64,000 nt of DNA from an uncultured Fibrobacteria bacterium (GTDB taxonomy: Bacteria > Fibrobacterota > Fibrobacteria > UBA11236). Made by a program: the position numbers and the translations under genes. Numbering within the stretch: the first letter of the stretch is position 1; every line of letters begins with the position of its first letter. Below the pieces are notes generated by a model, which worked only from the letters and a program-made list of their open reading frames with translations, ran no database searches and was not told the origin of the DNA. Positions 29,971-40,557 of this stretch are shown here, one piece after another. The stretch lies in contig OY970309.1 of the NCBI GenBank assembly GCA_963716395.1, positions 2,464,001-2,528,000 of the forward strand. The letters run 5' to 3'.

Positions 29971-30727
29971 TTACGCTTGGTCCGGTTTGCGGGCGAGAAA
30001 ACGCAGACGGGTGTAGTCGGCGGTCCAACGGCCGTCGGCGCCGCAAAGTTGCGGACGCAGTGCCTCTTCGACTTCCAGGAGAAAGCCGGGCCGGTCGGGC
30101 TCGGGTAAAGCGGAAGTAAAGGATTGGGCAAATGTTTCCAGCCAGGTGCGCAGCGAACCGGGCAAAGGGGTGGGCCGTGGAAACACCCCGATGGTTTCGA
30201 CCCGGAAACCCGCGCGCGTCAGGCGGCCTCCGTATTCTTCCGCCGTGGGGAAATACCAGGGATTCCAATCCGCGAAATTGAGGTTGCGGCGGCGCAGGGC
30301 TTCAGCCAAGGCACCGCGGATAGCGGCCACGCAGCCGTCGCCGCCCAGTTCGGCCGCGAAGCGGCCGCCGGGTTTCAAGGCCCGCCACACACCGGCAATG
30401 GCCGCATCGGCATCCCTGACCCAATGCAGGGCGGCGTTGCTGAACACGGCGTCGAAGTCGGCGTCGAAAGCGAGGTCTTCGGCGCGCCCGACCACCGCTT
30501 CGATCCCGGCGCGGCATGCGGCTTCGACCTGCGGTAAGCTGGCATCGACGCCCACCATTTTACCGCCTTGCTCCGCCAACCGCGCCGTGAGAAAGCCGTC
30601 TCCGCAGCCGAGGTCGAGAATGCGTTCGCCGGGCCGCGGGTCGAGCAAGGCCACCACGGGGCCGGCCAGATCGGCCACGAAACGCGCCTGGCGCGCATAG
30701 CGCTCCGGATCCCAGGTTTGCCGGGCG

Positions 30728-30735
<8 letters not shown>
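29971..30735 (-). CDS. Class I SAM-dependent methyltransferase (trans-aconitate methyltransferase-like)
   Basis: WDPERY, ILDLGCGDG, FDAVFSNAALHW, ADYTRLRF. Confidence 0.9.
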
Positions 30736-32317
<1,582 letters not shown>

Positions 32318-32367
32318 TTTTCCGCCTTTCACAACCAACGATTCCCGCCCTCAAAATTGGACCCAAC

Positions 32368-32400
32368 AAAAAAGCCCGCTCGGTGGGGAGCGGGCTTTTT
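32368..32400 (-). terminator. Intrinsic terminator (attenuator) upstream of cimA
   Basis: Minus strand AAAAAGCCCGCTC-cccacc-GAGCGGGC-TTTTTT. Confidence 0.88.
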
Positions 32401-32419
32401 CGGGGTCGACGCAATTCCC

Positions 32420-32518
32420 TTAAAGTCCGCTCCCGCAGGGCGCAATAATTCGAATCAGCCCGCCCAAAGACAGACCGATTCCGTTGCACGCGTTGTGAGA
32501 ACGAAGCGTCATAGACAT
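32420..32518 (-). CDS. cimA leader peptide (Ile/Leu control codons)
   Basis: MSMTLRSHNACNGIGLSLGGLIRIIAPCGSGL*; last codons GGGAGCGGACTTT are complementary to the terminator 5' arm; start 32518 or 32512. Confidence 0.75.
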   Translation of the reverse strand: MSMTLRSHNACNGIGLSLGGLIRIIAPCGSGL

Positions 32519-32559
32519 TAAGTTAATCATTTCCGGCCGGTGCGGCGCCAGCATTTCGT

Positions 32560-33591
32560 TCAGGTTTTGATTTCCATCAGCCAGCCGCGGTGATCTTCGC
32601 TTTCACCGTATTGCACAGCCTGCAAGGCCTGATACAGGCGGGTCAAGGTGGGACCGGCCCGGTCCTGGTCGCCGAAGGTGAATACGCGATCGCCGTAATG
32701 CACCGAACGGATGGGAGTAATCACCGCGGCCGTGCCGCAGGCTCCGACTTCGGAAAACTGATCGAGTCGATCCAGCGCGATGGGTTCGCGCCTTACCTTC
32801 AGGCCCATGTCCTGCGCCAGCACTTGCAGGCTGTCATTGGTCACGCTTTGCAGAATCGAATGCGAAGCGGGCGTTTTATATTCGCCCGCGGGCGTGATGC
32901 CGAAGAAGTTCGAAGTTCCGAATTCATCGGCGTATTTGTTTTCCTTGGGATCGGAAAACAGCACGATGGGAAAGCCCTTCTTCTTCGCCAGGGCCGTGGG
33001 CAAGAGGCTGGCGGCGTAATTGCCGGCCATCTTGGCACGCCCCGTGCCGTTGGGGGCGCAGCGATCGTAGTCGAGTATCACCAATGCGTCGACGGGGTGG
33101 AAACCGTCTTTGTAATAGGGACCCACGGGCGTGACCAGCACCGCGAAGGTGTAGGTCGACGAAGGCCGCACGCCCACCATGGGTTCGGTGCCGATGAGAA
33201 AGGGGCGGATGTAAAGGCTGGCGCCGGTGCCGTAAGGCGGCACGAAATCGAGATTGCACTCCACGGCCAAGCGGCAGGCCGAGACGAAGATCTCGGCGTC
33301 GGGTGCCTGCATGCACAGCCGTTCGGCCGACAGGCGCATACGCTCGGCGTTGCGGTCGGGACGGAACATGACCACACGGCCGTCGCGCGTGCGGAAGGCT
33401 TTCAGGCCTTCGAAAATCGCCTGGCCGTAATGCAGGCAATTGGCCGCAATGTGCATCGGCAGCACCGGATCGGTTTTAAAAACCGGCGTTCCCCATTTCC
33501 CGTCGGCGAAATCGCATTGCACATGGCCATGGGTAGGCAGGTATTGGAATCCCAGGTTTTTCCAGTCCAAGGTTGTGGTGGCGGTCGGCAT
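32560..33591 (-). CDS. ilvE: Branched-chain amino acid aminotransferase
   Basis: LHYGQAIFEGLKA, LYIRP, PLP lysine in AKMAGNYAAS, CGTAAVITP; start could be 33603. Confidence 0.95.
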   Translation of the reverse strand: MPTATTTLDWKNLGFQYLPTHGHVQCDFADGKWGTPVFKTDPVLPMHIAANCLHYGQAIFEGLKAFRTRDGRVVMFRPDRNAERMRLSAERLCMQAPDAEIFVSACRLAVECNLDFVPPYGTGASLYIRPFLIGTEPMVGVRPSSTYTFAVLVTPVGPYYKDGFHPVDALVILDYDRCAPNGTGRAKMAGNYAASLLPTALAKKKGFPIVLFSDPKENKYADEFGTSNFFGITPAGEYKTPASHSILQSVTNDSLQVLAQDMGLKVRREPIALDRLDQFSEVGACGTAAVITPIRSVHYGDRVFTFGDQDRAGPTLTRLYQALQAVQYGESEDHRGWLMEIKT

Positions 33592-33729
33592 GGCTTGAAT
33601 CATAATACCGGGATTATCTAGCAAAAAGGCTTAGCGTCACCGGGTTCGGGTTCAAGCGCCTCGCGCCCGGCCCGCACCCAGCATGCGGCCGTGGTTTTCG
33701 TGAGACGGGGCGGCGCGGAAGGTGCCGGT

Positions 33730-36471
33730 TCAGGCGTTCATCAAGGCCAGCAATTCGCCGATGAAAGCCGGCTCCTGCGAACGCGGGCGCTGCCGTTTGG
33801 GCCGCGCGGATTTATGGGTAGAGCCGTGGGCCGAACCCGTCATGCCGAGATCGGCCAGCAGCCGGGAGAGAATGCCGTCGGGCTGATATTCGGCGGCGCG
33901 CAGGCGGCCGCGCGCGGCCAGGTCTTTGCGCCGTTCGGGATTTTGCAGCAATTCAATCGCCCACCGGGCCATGTCTTCGGGGCCGTCGGCCAAGAGACCG
34001 CCCTGCTCCTGATCCAGGATGTCGCGCGGCCCCTTGGTGCGGAAGGCTACCGCGGGCAGGCCGCAGCTCAGGGCTTCGAGCAAAGAGCAGGAGAAGGTGT
34101 CGAACCACGAAGGCAGCAGCAGCAAATCTGCGGCCGAATAGGCCTGCGCCAGCTTTTCCGGATCGAGCCAACCCAGGAAAACGGCTTCGGGCAAGGCTGC
34201 TTTGAGTTCGGCTTCACACGGGCCGGTACCGGCCAGGACCAGGCGCGCCTGGGGAACCTTTTCCCGGATAGTCCGGAAGATTTGCGGCAATTCCAGCACC
34301 CCTTTTTCGCCGCTCAAACGCCCGGCGTACAGCAGCACCGGACTGTCTTCGCTCACCTCCGGGAAGATCTGGGATTTGGAAACGGTGCGCGGCTGGAATC
34401 CCGCGTCGGTCCAATGCGCCGTGAGGAACAACTTGTCCGCCGAGAGGCCCATGGCGGGCGAAGCGAAACTTTCGCGCTGTTCGCTGTTGAGCAGAAACAC
34501 GCCGTCGAACAACTGGTAGAAGGCACGCAGAATGCGGCGCAGCCGATCCTGTTTGCGCGTGTCGAACTTGAGCACGCGGCGCGCGAAATCGAGCCAGTCG
34601 GTATGCACGTAGAAATAAGCCGGTACGGCAAAGGCATGTTTGAGATACAGCGCCAGCAGGCCCATGGGGGCTTCGGTGGAGCAGACGATGCGATCGTAGC
34701 CGCCTTCTTCGAAAATCTTCTTCAACTCCAGCACGTCCGGCAGGCGAATGCTTTGGTCGCGGTAGAACGCGGCGGAAAACTCCGAGAGTGGTTTTTGCAC
34801 CAGCAGATGGTTGCCGCCGGAGCCGGGGCCGCAGGTGAGGAAGTCGATGGGCAAATCGCGGCGGCGGATTTCGGCCAACATGGATTGCAGCACATGCGAG
34901 ACGCCGTTTTTGTCGGTCAGGGTGTCGGTGAGCCACAACACGCGCCGTGGGTGTCGGTGTTGCCCCAGGCGTTCCGCCAGTGCGTTGAAATAGGGCCGTT
35001 TGGCGAACAGGACGTTGGACGAAGCGAAGGAGATGCCGCCCAGCACCAGCGATCCCAGCAGCGGAAAGGGGAGTCCGTCGCTCCATTTCCCCAGATCGAG
35101 GCCGTTCAATTCGCCGCCGGGAGCCTTGGCCTCCGAACCGAACAGGGCGCGGAAATGCACGGGCAACTCCACTTTGTTGATGAGTTCGGGAGTGCCGGGC
35201 CGCCGGCCTTCCTCTTCCATCCGGCGTAACTTACCGGTGACCCGTTCGGCTAACAGGGCCGACAGCGCGTGGAACATGGCCGGCAAGGAAGTGCGCAGGG
35301 TGGCCACCAAATGTTCGGCCGAGACGTTGCGCGCGGCGGCGATGGCGTCCATTTCTTCGAGCACGGGTTTATAATGCGGTTTGGTCAAGAGCGAGACCAG
35401 CAGCCCAGGCCGCCGGCCCTGCAGGCATTCGTGGAAAAGCTCCAGGAAGCGCGAGGTGTATTTGTGCCGCCGCAATTCGAACACTCCGTTGGCGATGCCC
35501 AAGGCCAGGAATTTTTCGCCCGCCGAACCGCGGTGCAGCAAGAGTCGGATGAGCCCGGGATCTTTCATGCGCAGGGCCGCTTGGCAGAAGTAATCGAGCA
35601 GCGCGGCCGTGAGCTTGGCCTCTTCGCAGGGCACGCCGTAGGGGGCCATGCGCGCTTCCCGCAAGGCGCGCAGCGCCAGTTCCGAGCGCTTCTCGCGCGC
35701 CGTGCGCCAGCCGGGCGCATGCAGCCGGGTGCCCGTCGCTCCCGCGAACACGCCGATATGGCAATCCGATCCGCCGGTGATGCTTTTGGCATAGGGTCGG
35801 CGGCAAAAGGCGTCGGCCCGCATTCCCGTACGGCGCGCGGCGGCCTCCACGCCCTCTTCGTCGAGGCTTTGCACCCAGGCGATGGTCAGCAGGTTTTGCC
35901 AGGCGTCGCGCTGGCCGTTCAGACCTTCGAAACGCTCGAAGAGGACGGCGAAGCGATCCATCAATTCCAGCGAAGGCAGGCCGCGCGGGCTGTGGAATTG
36001 CAGCGGATGCGCCAGCACAGTGGGCAGGTCTTCGGCCGCGGCGTATTCCAGAAAGCGGTAAATGTCTTTGCGCAGCCGCACCAGTTTGCTTTCCTGCTCG
36101 GGGGTAAAGCCGAAGGTGAGCACGTGCACGCCCACCGCGAAGTCGGGCAAGGTGCAACTGAATTCGGCCGCGGGCAGAACGTCTTCGCCGCGATCCAGCA
36201 AATCCCAGCAACTGCGGGCATTGTTGTGGTTGGTGATGGTGAGGGCGTCGACGCCGTTGCCCCGCAAGGTGTGTACCAGCTTGTCGGTGGGCAGCCAGGT
36301 TTCGGGCGCGCCCAGAATGCGTCCCAAAGTTTCGTCGGGCACGTCGCTGTTGCGGTCATGGCAATGCAGGTCGATTTTAAAGGCGTCGTCGCCCAATATT
36401 TCCGCCTGCCTTTGCATGAACCCATTCAATTCCCGACGCAGGGTGGCGCGGAAGGTGGAAGCTTCAGACAT
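33730..36471 (-). CDS. PHP phosphoesterase - GT4 glycosyltransferase fusion
   Basis: N-terminal DLHCH, TNHN, AEF, AHP, EGLNG, GGSDCH; C-terminal NGVSH, YAGRLSGEKG, DTFSCSLLEALSCGLP. Confidence 0.85.
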   Translation of the reverse strand: MSEASTFRATLRRELNGFMQRQAEILGDDAFKIDLHCHDRNSDVPDETLGRILGAPETWLPTDKLVHTLRGNGVDALTITNHNNARSCWDLLDRGEDVLPAAEFSCTLPDFAVGVHVLTFGFTPEQESKLVRLRKDIYRFLEYAAAEDLPTVLAHPLQFHSPRGLPSLELMDRFAVLFERFEGLNGQRDAWQNLLTIAWVQSLDEEGVEAAARRTGMRADAFCRRPYAKSITGGSDCHIGVFAGATGTRLHAPGWRTAREKRSELALRALREARMAPYGVPCEEAKLTAALLDYFCQAALRMKDPGLIRLLLHRGSAGEKFLALGIANGVFELRRHKYTSRFLELFHECLQGRRPGLLVSLLTKPHYKPVLEEMDAIAAARNVSAEHLVATLRTSLPAMFHALSALLAERVTGKLRRMEEEGRRPGTPELINKVELPVHFRALFGSEAKAPGGELNGLDLGKWSDGLPFPLLGSLVLGGISFASSNVLFAKRPYFNALAERLGQHRHPRRVLWLTDTLTDKNGVSHVLQSMLAEIRRRDLPIDFLTCGPGSGGNHLLVQKPLSEFSAAFYRDQSIRLPDVLELKKIFEEGGYDRIVCSTEAPMGLLALYLKHAFAVPAYFYVHTDWLDFARRVLKFDTRKQDRLRRILRAFYQLFDGVFLLNSEQRESFASPAMGLSADKLFLTAHWTDAGFQPRTVSKSQIFPEVSEDSPVLLYAGRLSGEKGVLELPQIFRTIREKVPQARLVLAGTGPCEAELKAALPEAVFLGWLDPEKLAQAYSAADLLLLPSWFDTFSCSLLEALSCGLPAVAFRTKGPRDILDQEQGGLLADGPEDMARWAIELLQNPERRKDLAARGRLRAAEYQPDGILSRLLADLGMTGSAHGSTHKSARPKRQRPRSQEPAFIGELLALMNA

Positions 36472-38893
36472 GGGATCTCCTCAGAGGGGAAAGGGTTTCG
36501 GCCGCGGATTTCGGCACGTGGCCATTGCGGGGCGGAGACGATTCTTCCGCCGCGGTGGCCGCGTAAAAGGTCAAGGTTCCCGCATCGCCGGTGAGCGGGA
36601 CGCGGTGGGCGTTGCCTTCCGCGGCTACGGAAGGTCCGGGTTCCAGACCGGCGGCGCGGGGCAGCGAGAAATACAGGGGTGCTTCGTCCTGATGCGCCTT
36701 GCGGCGCAGGTTCCAGGAAAGGGTGGCCGACAACATGCCCTGGCGAAAGGAGTAGTCGACCGTGCCGTGCAAGGTGCGGGCGCCGGTCACTTCGAGGTGC
36801 AGGCCGGGGCGGAACCATTCGGGCGGCGCGGATTCGGCCAATTGTAGCGCGCCGGGCCTTTCGACCACAAGCATGTCGCGCACCAGGTTGAGGAATTCGG
36901 CGGCCGACCAGCCGTGATCGCCGTCGCCCATGCAGCCGCCGAAGAAGCGCGGGTGCATGGCTTCGGGCCAGGTATAGGTGGGCGAGGCGCGACGCAACAG
37001 GGCCGCCAGAATCGCCGACCAGCGCCCATCGCCCAGCGCCATCATGGCGCGCGCCAATTGCGCGGACAGATACGGGTTGAGACCGGTATGCACGATTTTG
37101 TGGAAGAACAGGCCGTCGCGCAAATTATTGGCGGCGAGGTAGTTCACCGTGCCCGGCAACCAGGAAGGATCCGGCGGCAGCACGGCCAGGGGCGAAATGC
37201 CCACGAGGTTGCCGATGGCCGCGGAATCGGGCGCGCGGTAGGGAGAACAGGGCAGGGCGGCGCCGCCGTTTTTCTTCCAGGCCCAATCCATCGAGGCGGC
37301 GATGTCGCCGCGGTAATCCTGCAGCAGATCTTCGACCCAGGCCGTGTCCCGCCCGCGGCCCAACCGGCCCGCGGCCCAACGCAGGGCTTCGAGCCCGGCC
37401 AGGGCCCACAGGTTGTCCCAGTAATAGTGATCGTTGGGGCCGAAATGCTCGGCGGAAAATCCGGGCGGCAACAAGCCGTAATGCGGGGAAGGCACATCAC
37501 GGGTGCGATCGCGCATTTTGGCAATCCACTTGGCGCCTTTGAGCAGGGACGGATACCATTTCTCCAGCCAGGCGGGGTCGCCGCCGCGGCGCACATGCTG
37601 GACCATGGCCCACATGGCTTGGCCGTTGCTGTCCCATTCCCCCTGCTGGCTTTTGAAAAAACCGTCGCCCCCCTGCAGACGTGGGTAACCGGCGAGTTTG
37701 GGCGTGACGCGCCGGTGCCAGCCCAGGTTTTCGAAGGCCAGGGCGATGAAGGAGGCATCGCGAAACCAATGCTTATGGTAGGTAAAGGTTCCGGGTGAAA
37801 AGTGATCACCGTCGTCGAAAACATGCAAATGGCCCTTAACCGCGTAGAAGGCCTCTTCCAGGCGCGCATCCGGAATGCGCAGGCGCAGGCCCGCTTCGCG
37901 GACCTCGCGCAGATGTTCCAGGCGTTCGCTGCGCGCGCCGTCCCACACCGCGGGCGGACGGGCCGAGGGCGCCGCGGGTGACGCGGCCAGAACTCCAAAG
38001 GTATCGTAGGTCTTGGCTTCGCCCGGCCCCAAGGTGAGATCGTATTCGGCCAAGGCGCAAGCGATTCCCGAGCCCGATTTCAGGCTGGTGCGATCGGCGA
38101 TTTGCACGTCGCGCACCAGTGGGTCGCCGTGGTGGCGATCGGAAAGCGTCACCCGGTCGGGTTCTTCGCTCAGCCACAGGCCGGGTTCGTCGTTCACGGT
38201 CCAGAGGCGGTCCTGATAGCGGATGGAATTGATATGTCCGATGGTGAGCGGATTGTAGGGCCGCAGGGTGAGGCCGAAACGCAGCGATAGCGGCGTGCGC
38301 GAACGGTTGGCCAGCAGGTGACGGTAACTCAGAAGTTCCTGCCCGCCCAATGCCAGCGCCAGGGCTTCCGACTTCCATTCCAGATCGGGATGAACGGAAT
38401 AGGCCGTGACTACGCAGGGCAGGTTGCCTTCCAGCAGGCTCTGGTGCACCTGCCCGCGTCGGAACATGCGGGGCGGGAAATAGTTGCGGCCGTCGAACCG
38501 CACATAGGGGAAGACCGACCAACCGTAGGGCCGCAGCGTCAGCATGCCCACCGGATCGACCATGCCTTCCTGGGCGCTGTCCTCCAGGCCTAGGGAGGTC
38601 CAATTGCGGTTGGTGAGGTTGGTTTTGATCAGGTTGATGGCGGTGGGGATGAACTCGTCCCATTCCGGATCGGCTTGGCGTTCCACCCAATGCGGCCACA
38701 CCCAGTCCAGATTGCTCTGGATGGCCATGGCATTGTTCAACCCCGAAAGCACGATGGATAAACCCTGCTCCAGCAATTCCAGCGGAAAAAGGTTGGCCGA
38801 CGGACGTCCCAAATGGGTCAATCCGTGCAGAAAGGGGCTGAGGTGGCGTTTTCCCGTCCACTTGAGATAGGTGTGGAGCAGTTGTTCTAGCAT
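36464..38893 (-). CDS. Six-hairpin (alpha/alpha)6 glycoside hydrolase-like protein
   Basis: WFRDA, GEWDSNGQ, SAEH, YYWDNLW, WPEA, MGDGDHGW; overlaps the start of the GT fusion; start 38893 or 38935. Confidence 0.7.
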   Translation of the reverse strand: MLEQLLHTYLKWTGKRHLSPFLHGLTHLGRPSANLFPLELLEQGLSIVLSGLNNAMAIQSNLDWVWPHWVERQADPEWDEFIPTAINLIKTNLTNRNWTSLGLEDSAQEGMVDPVGMLTLRPYGWSVFPYVRFDGRNYFPPRMFRRGQVHQSLLEGNLPCVVTAYSVHPDLEWKSEALALALGGQELLSYRHLLANRSRTPLSLRFGLTLRPYNPLTIGHINSIRYQDRLWTVNDEPGLWLSEEPDRVTLSDRHHGDPLVRDVQIADRTSLKSGSGIACALAEYDLTLGPGEAKTYDTFGVLAASPAAPSARPPAVWDGARSERLEHLREVREAGLRLRIPDARLEEAFYAVKGHLHVFDDGDHFSPGTFTYHKHWFRDASFIALAFENLGWHRRVTPKLAGYPRLQGGDGFFKSQQGEWDSNGQAMWAMVQHVRRGGDPAWLEKWYPSLLKGAKWIAKMRDRTRDVPSPHYGLLPPGFSAEHFGPNDHYYWDNLWALAGLEALRWAAGRLGRGRDTAWVEDLLQDYRGDIAASMDWAWKKNGGAALPCSPYRAPDSAAIGNLVGISPLAVLPPDPSWLPGTVNYLAANNLRDGLFFHKIVHTGLNPYLSAQLARAMMALGDGRWSAILAALLRRASPTYTWPEAMHPRFFGGCMGDGDHGWSAAEFLNLVRDMLVVERPGALQLAESAPPEWFRPGLHLEVTGARTLHGTVDYSFRQGMLSATLSWNLRRKAHQDEAPLYFSLPRAAGLEPGPSVAAEGNAHRVPLTGDAGTLTFYAATAAEESSPPRNGHVPKSAAETLSPLRRSHV

Positions 38894-39117
38894 GCTGTTG
38901 CCGCCTCGGAGGGACTTGCGGATAACATTTTTCAACAGATTATAAACGCATCCGGGTAGAAATAGAACGCCGAACGGACGAAGAAACGGAACTGAAATGC
39001 AACTGTGACTTTGTAGATACGGAAATAGAGATGTTACGATGGATCCTGCAAGCTACGGCTGCGGTTATCCACGGTCTGTGCGGAGAAAGTTGAAAACACC
39101 GAGATGATGCGCGGCGT

Positions 39118-40557
39118 TCAGGTGAATTTGAGCCGCCGCGCCGCGTACGCGACCATGCGCAACAGCCTCCACCCGTCGCGGAAGCGTGCGATGTTGGGCG
39201 CGCCGTAGCGGCGAGAAAGATAGCGCACGGGAATGTCGACCATTTTCAGATTGAGCTTGGCGGCCCCGAACAGCAAATCGAAATCGCCAAAGGGGTCGAA
39301 GTCTCCGAAATAGGCGCGGCCGCGCGCGATGCGCTCGTAATCGGAGCGCCACAGTGCCTTGGTGCCGCATAAAGTGTCTTTCACCGCCTGTCCCAGCAAA
39401 GAAGAGAAGGCCAGGCTGAAAAATTTGTTGGCCAGAAAATTGAGCGGGCGCATGGCGTTTTTTTCCACGGGATAGACAAGGCGCACGCCGTTGGCGAATT
39501 CGGCGGCGCCGCTTTGCAGCGCCTCACGGAAGCGTGGCAGCATTTCCGCGGCCACGGTCAGATCCCCGTCGAGAATGACGAGCAGATCGCCCCGTGCCGC
39601 GGCGAATCCCGCGCGCACCGCATCGGCTTTGCCGCAGCCCGGTTGCCGCAACAGCCGGCCGGGGAAGCCGGGGCGGGCCGCCAGGCCTTCGACCACGGCC
39701 GCATAGGTGCGGTCGCGCGACGCGCCTTCGACGAAGAGGACTTCGTCGCCGGGGTCGAGATGCTGCAAAGATTCGAACAGGCCGGTCACATGGCCCTCTT
39801 CGTTGCGCACCGGCACGATGACGCTGAGCGTCGCCCGTTCCCGGGGCCGGGGCTGGGACCGGGCGGCCACGAAATTCGTCAACGCCAAGGCATTGCCGGG
39901 TGGAATTTTGGCCAGCCAACGATTGAGCCCGGGCTCCAGTAGGGGAAGGGGAAAGGGGCAGAGTATTTCCGTCCAGCGGCGCAGCGGCTCCCATTGCGAC
40001 AGCCGGAGAAAATGATTCAGGTCCTGGGCCGTAATCCAGTTCTGGGGCGCACGCCGCCGGGCCCAACCCAGGCGTTGGGCCAGCCAGAGCGGTGGTTCCC
40101 ACACGCGGCTGTAGAAATTCGCAAACAGCCGTCCGCGCGGCGTGGCCACGCGTCGCGCTTCGGCAAGCACGGCCTGCACGTCCCATAGATCGCCTACCAA
40201 ATCGGAAAGCGCGACGGCGGCGACGCAGCCGTCGCGAAACGGCAGGGCCTGCGCATCGGCCACCACGATATGTAGTTCAGGATACCGCGCTTTCGCGCTC
40301 CGGGCGGCGGCAAAAGAAAAATCGACGCCCAGGCCGAATCCGGGCCGCAGCGAGGCCAGCAGGGCACCGTCGCCGCACCCCAGTTCGAGCACGCGTTCAC
40401 CGGCGGGTATGAGAAAGCGGTAAACCTCGGCGAGACGGCGATGGTAGGTCCGGCCCGCCCAGGCTTTTCCGCGGCGGCGGTAATTGCTTTCCCAAATCGC
40501 GCGCACCAGGCGACGGTGTTCGGCTTCGGCGGCTTGATAGGCGCTGACGACACTCAT
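39118..40557 (-). CDS. SAM methyltransferase - GT2 (polyprenol-phosphate glycosyltransferase-like) fusion
   Basis: VLELGCGDG; SVIVPVRNEEG, ILDGDLTV, DTLCGTK, DPFGDFDLLFGA; ATGA overlap gives start 40557. Confidence 0.88.
   Translation of the reverse strand: MSVVSAYQAAEAEHRRLVRAIWESNYRRRGKAWAGRTYHRRLAEVYRFLIPAGERVLELGCGDGALLASLRPGFGLGVDFSFAAARSAKARYPELHIVVADAQALPFRDGCVAAVALSDLVGDLWDVQAVLAEARRVATPRGRLFANFYSRVWEPPLWLAQRLGWARRRAPQNWITAQDLNHFLRLSQWEPLRRWTEILCPFPLPLLEPGLNRWLAKIPPGNALALTNFVAARSQPRPRERATLSVIVPVRNEEGHVTGLFESLQHLDPGDEVLFVEGASRDRTYAAVVEGLAARPGFPGRLLRQPGCGKADAVRAGFAAARGDLLVILDGDLTVAAEMLPRFREALQSGAAEFANGVRLVYPVEKNAMRPLNFLANKFFSLAFSSLLGQAVKDTLCGTKALWRSDYERIARGRAYFGDFDPFGDFDLLFGAAKLNLKMVDIPVRYLSRRYGAPNIARFRDGWRLLRMVAYAARRLKFT

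Noticed and set aside
39065-39073. DnaA-box-like TTATCCACG
   Set aside because: Single mismatched copy, with no box cluster or origin-associated genes.
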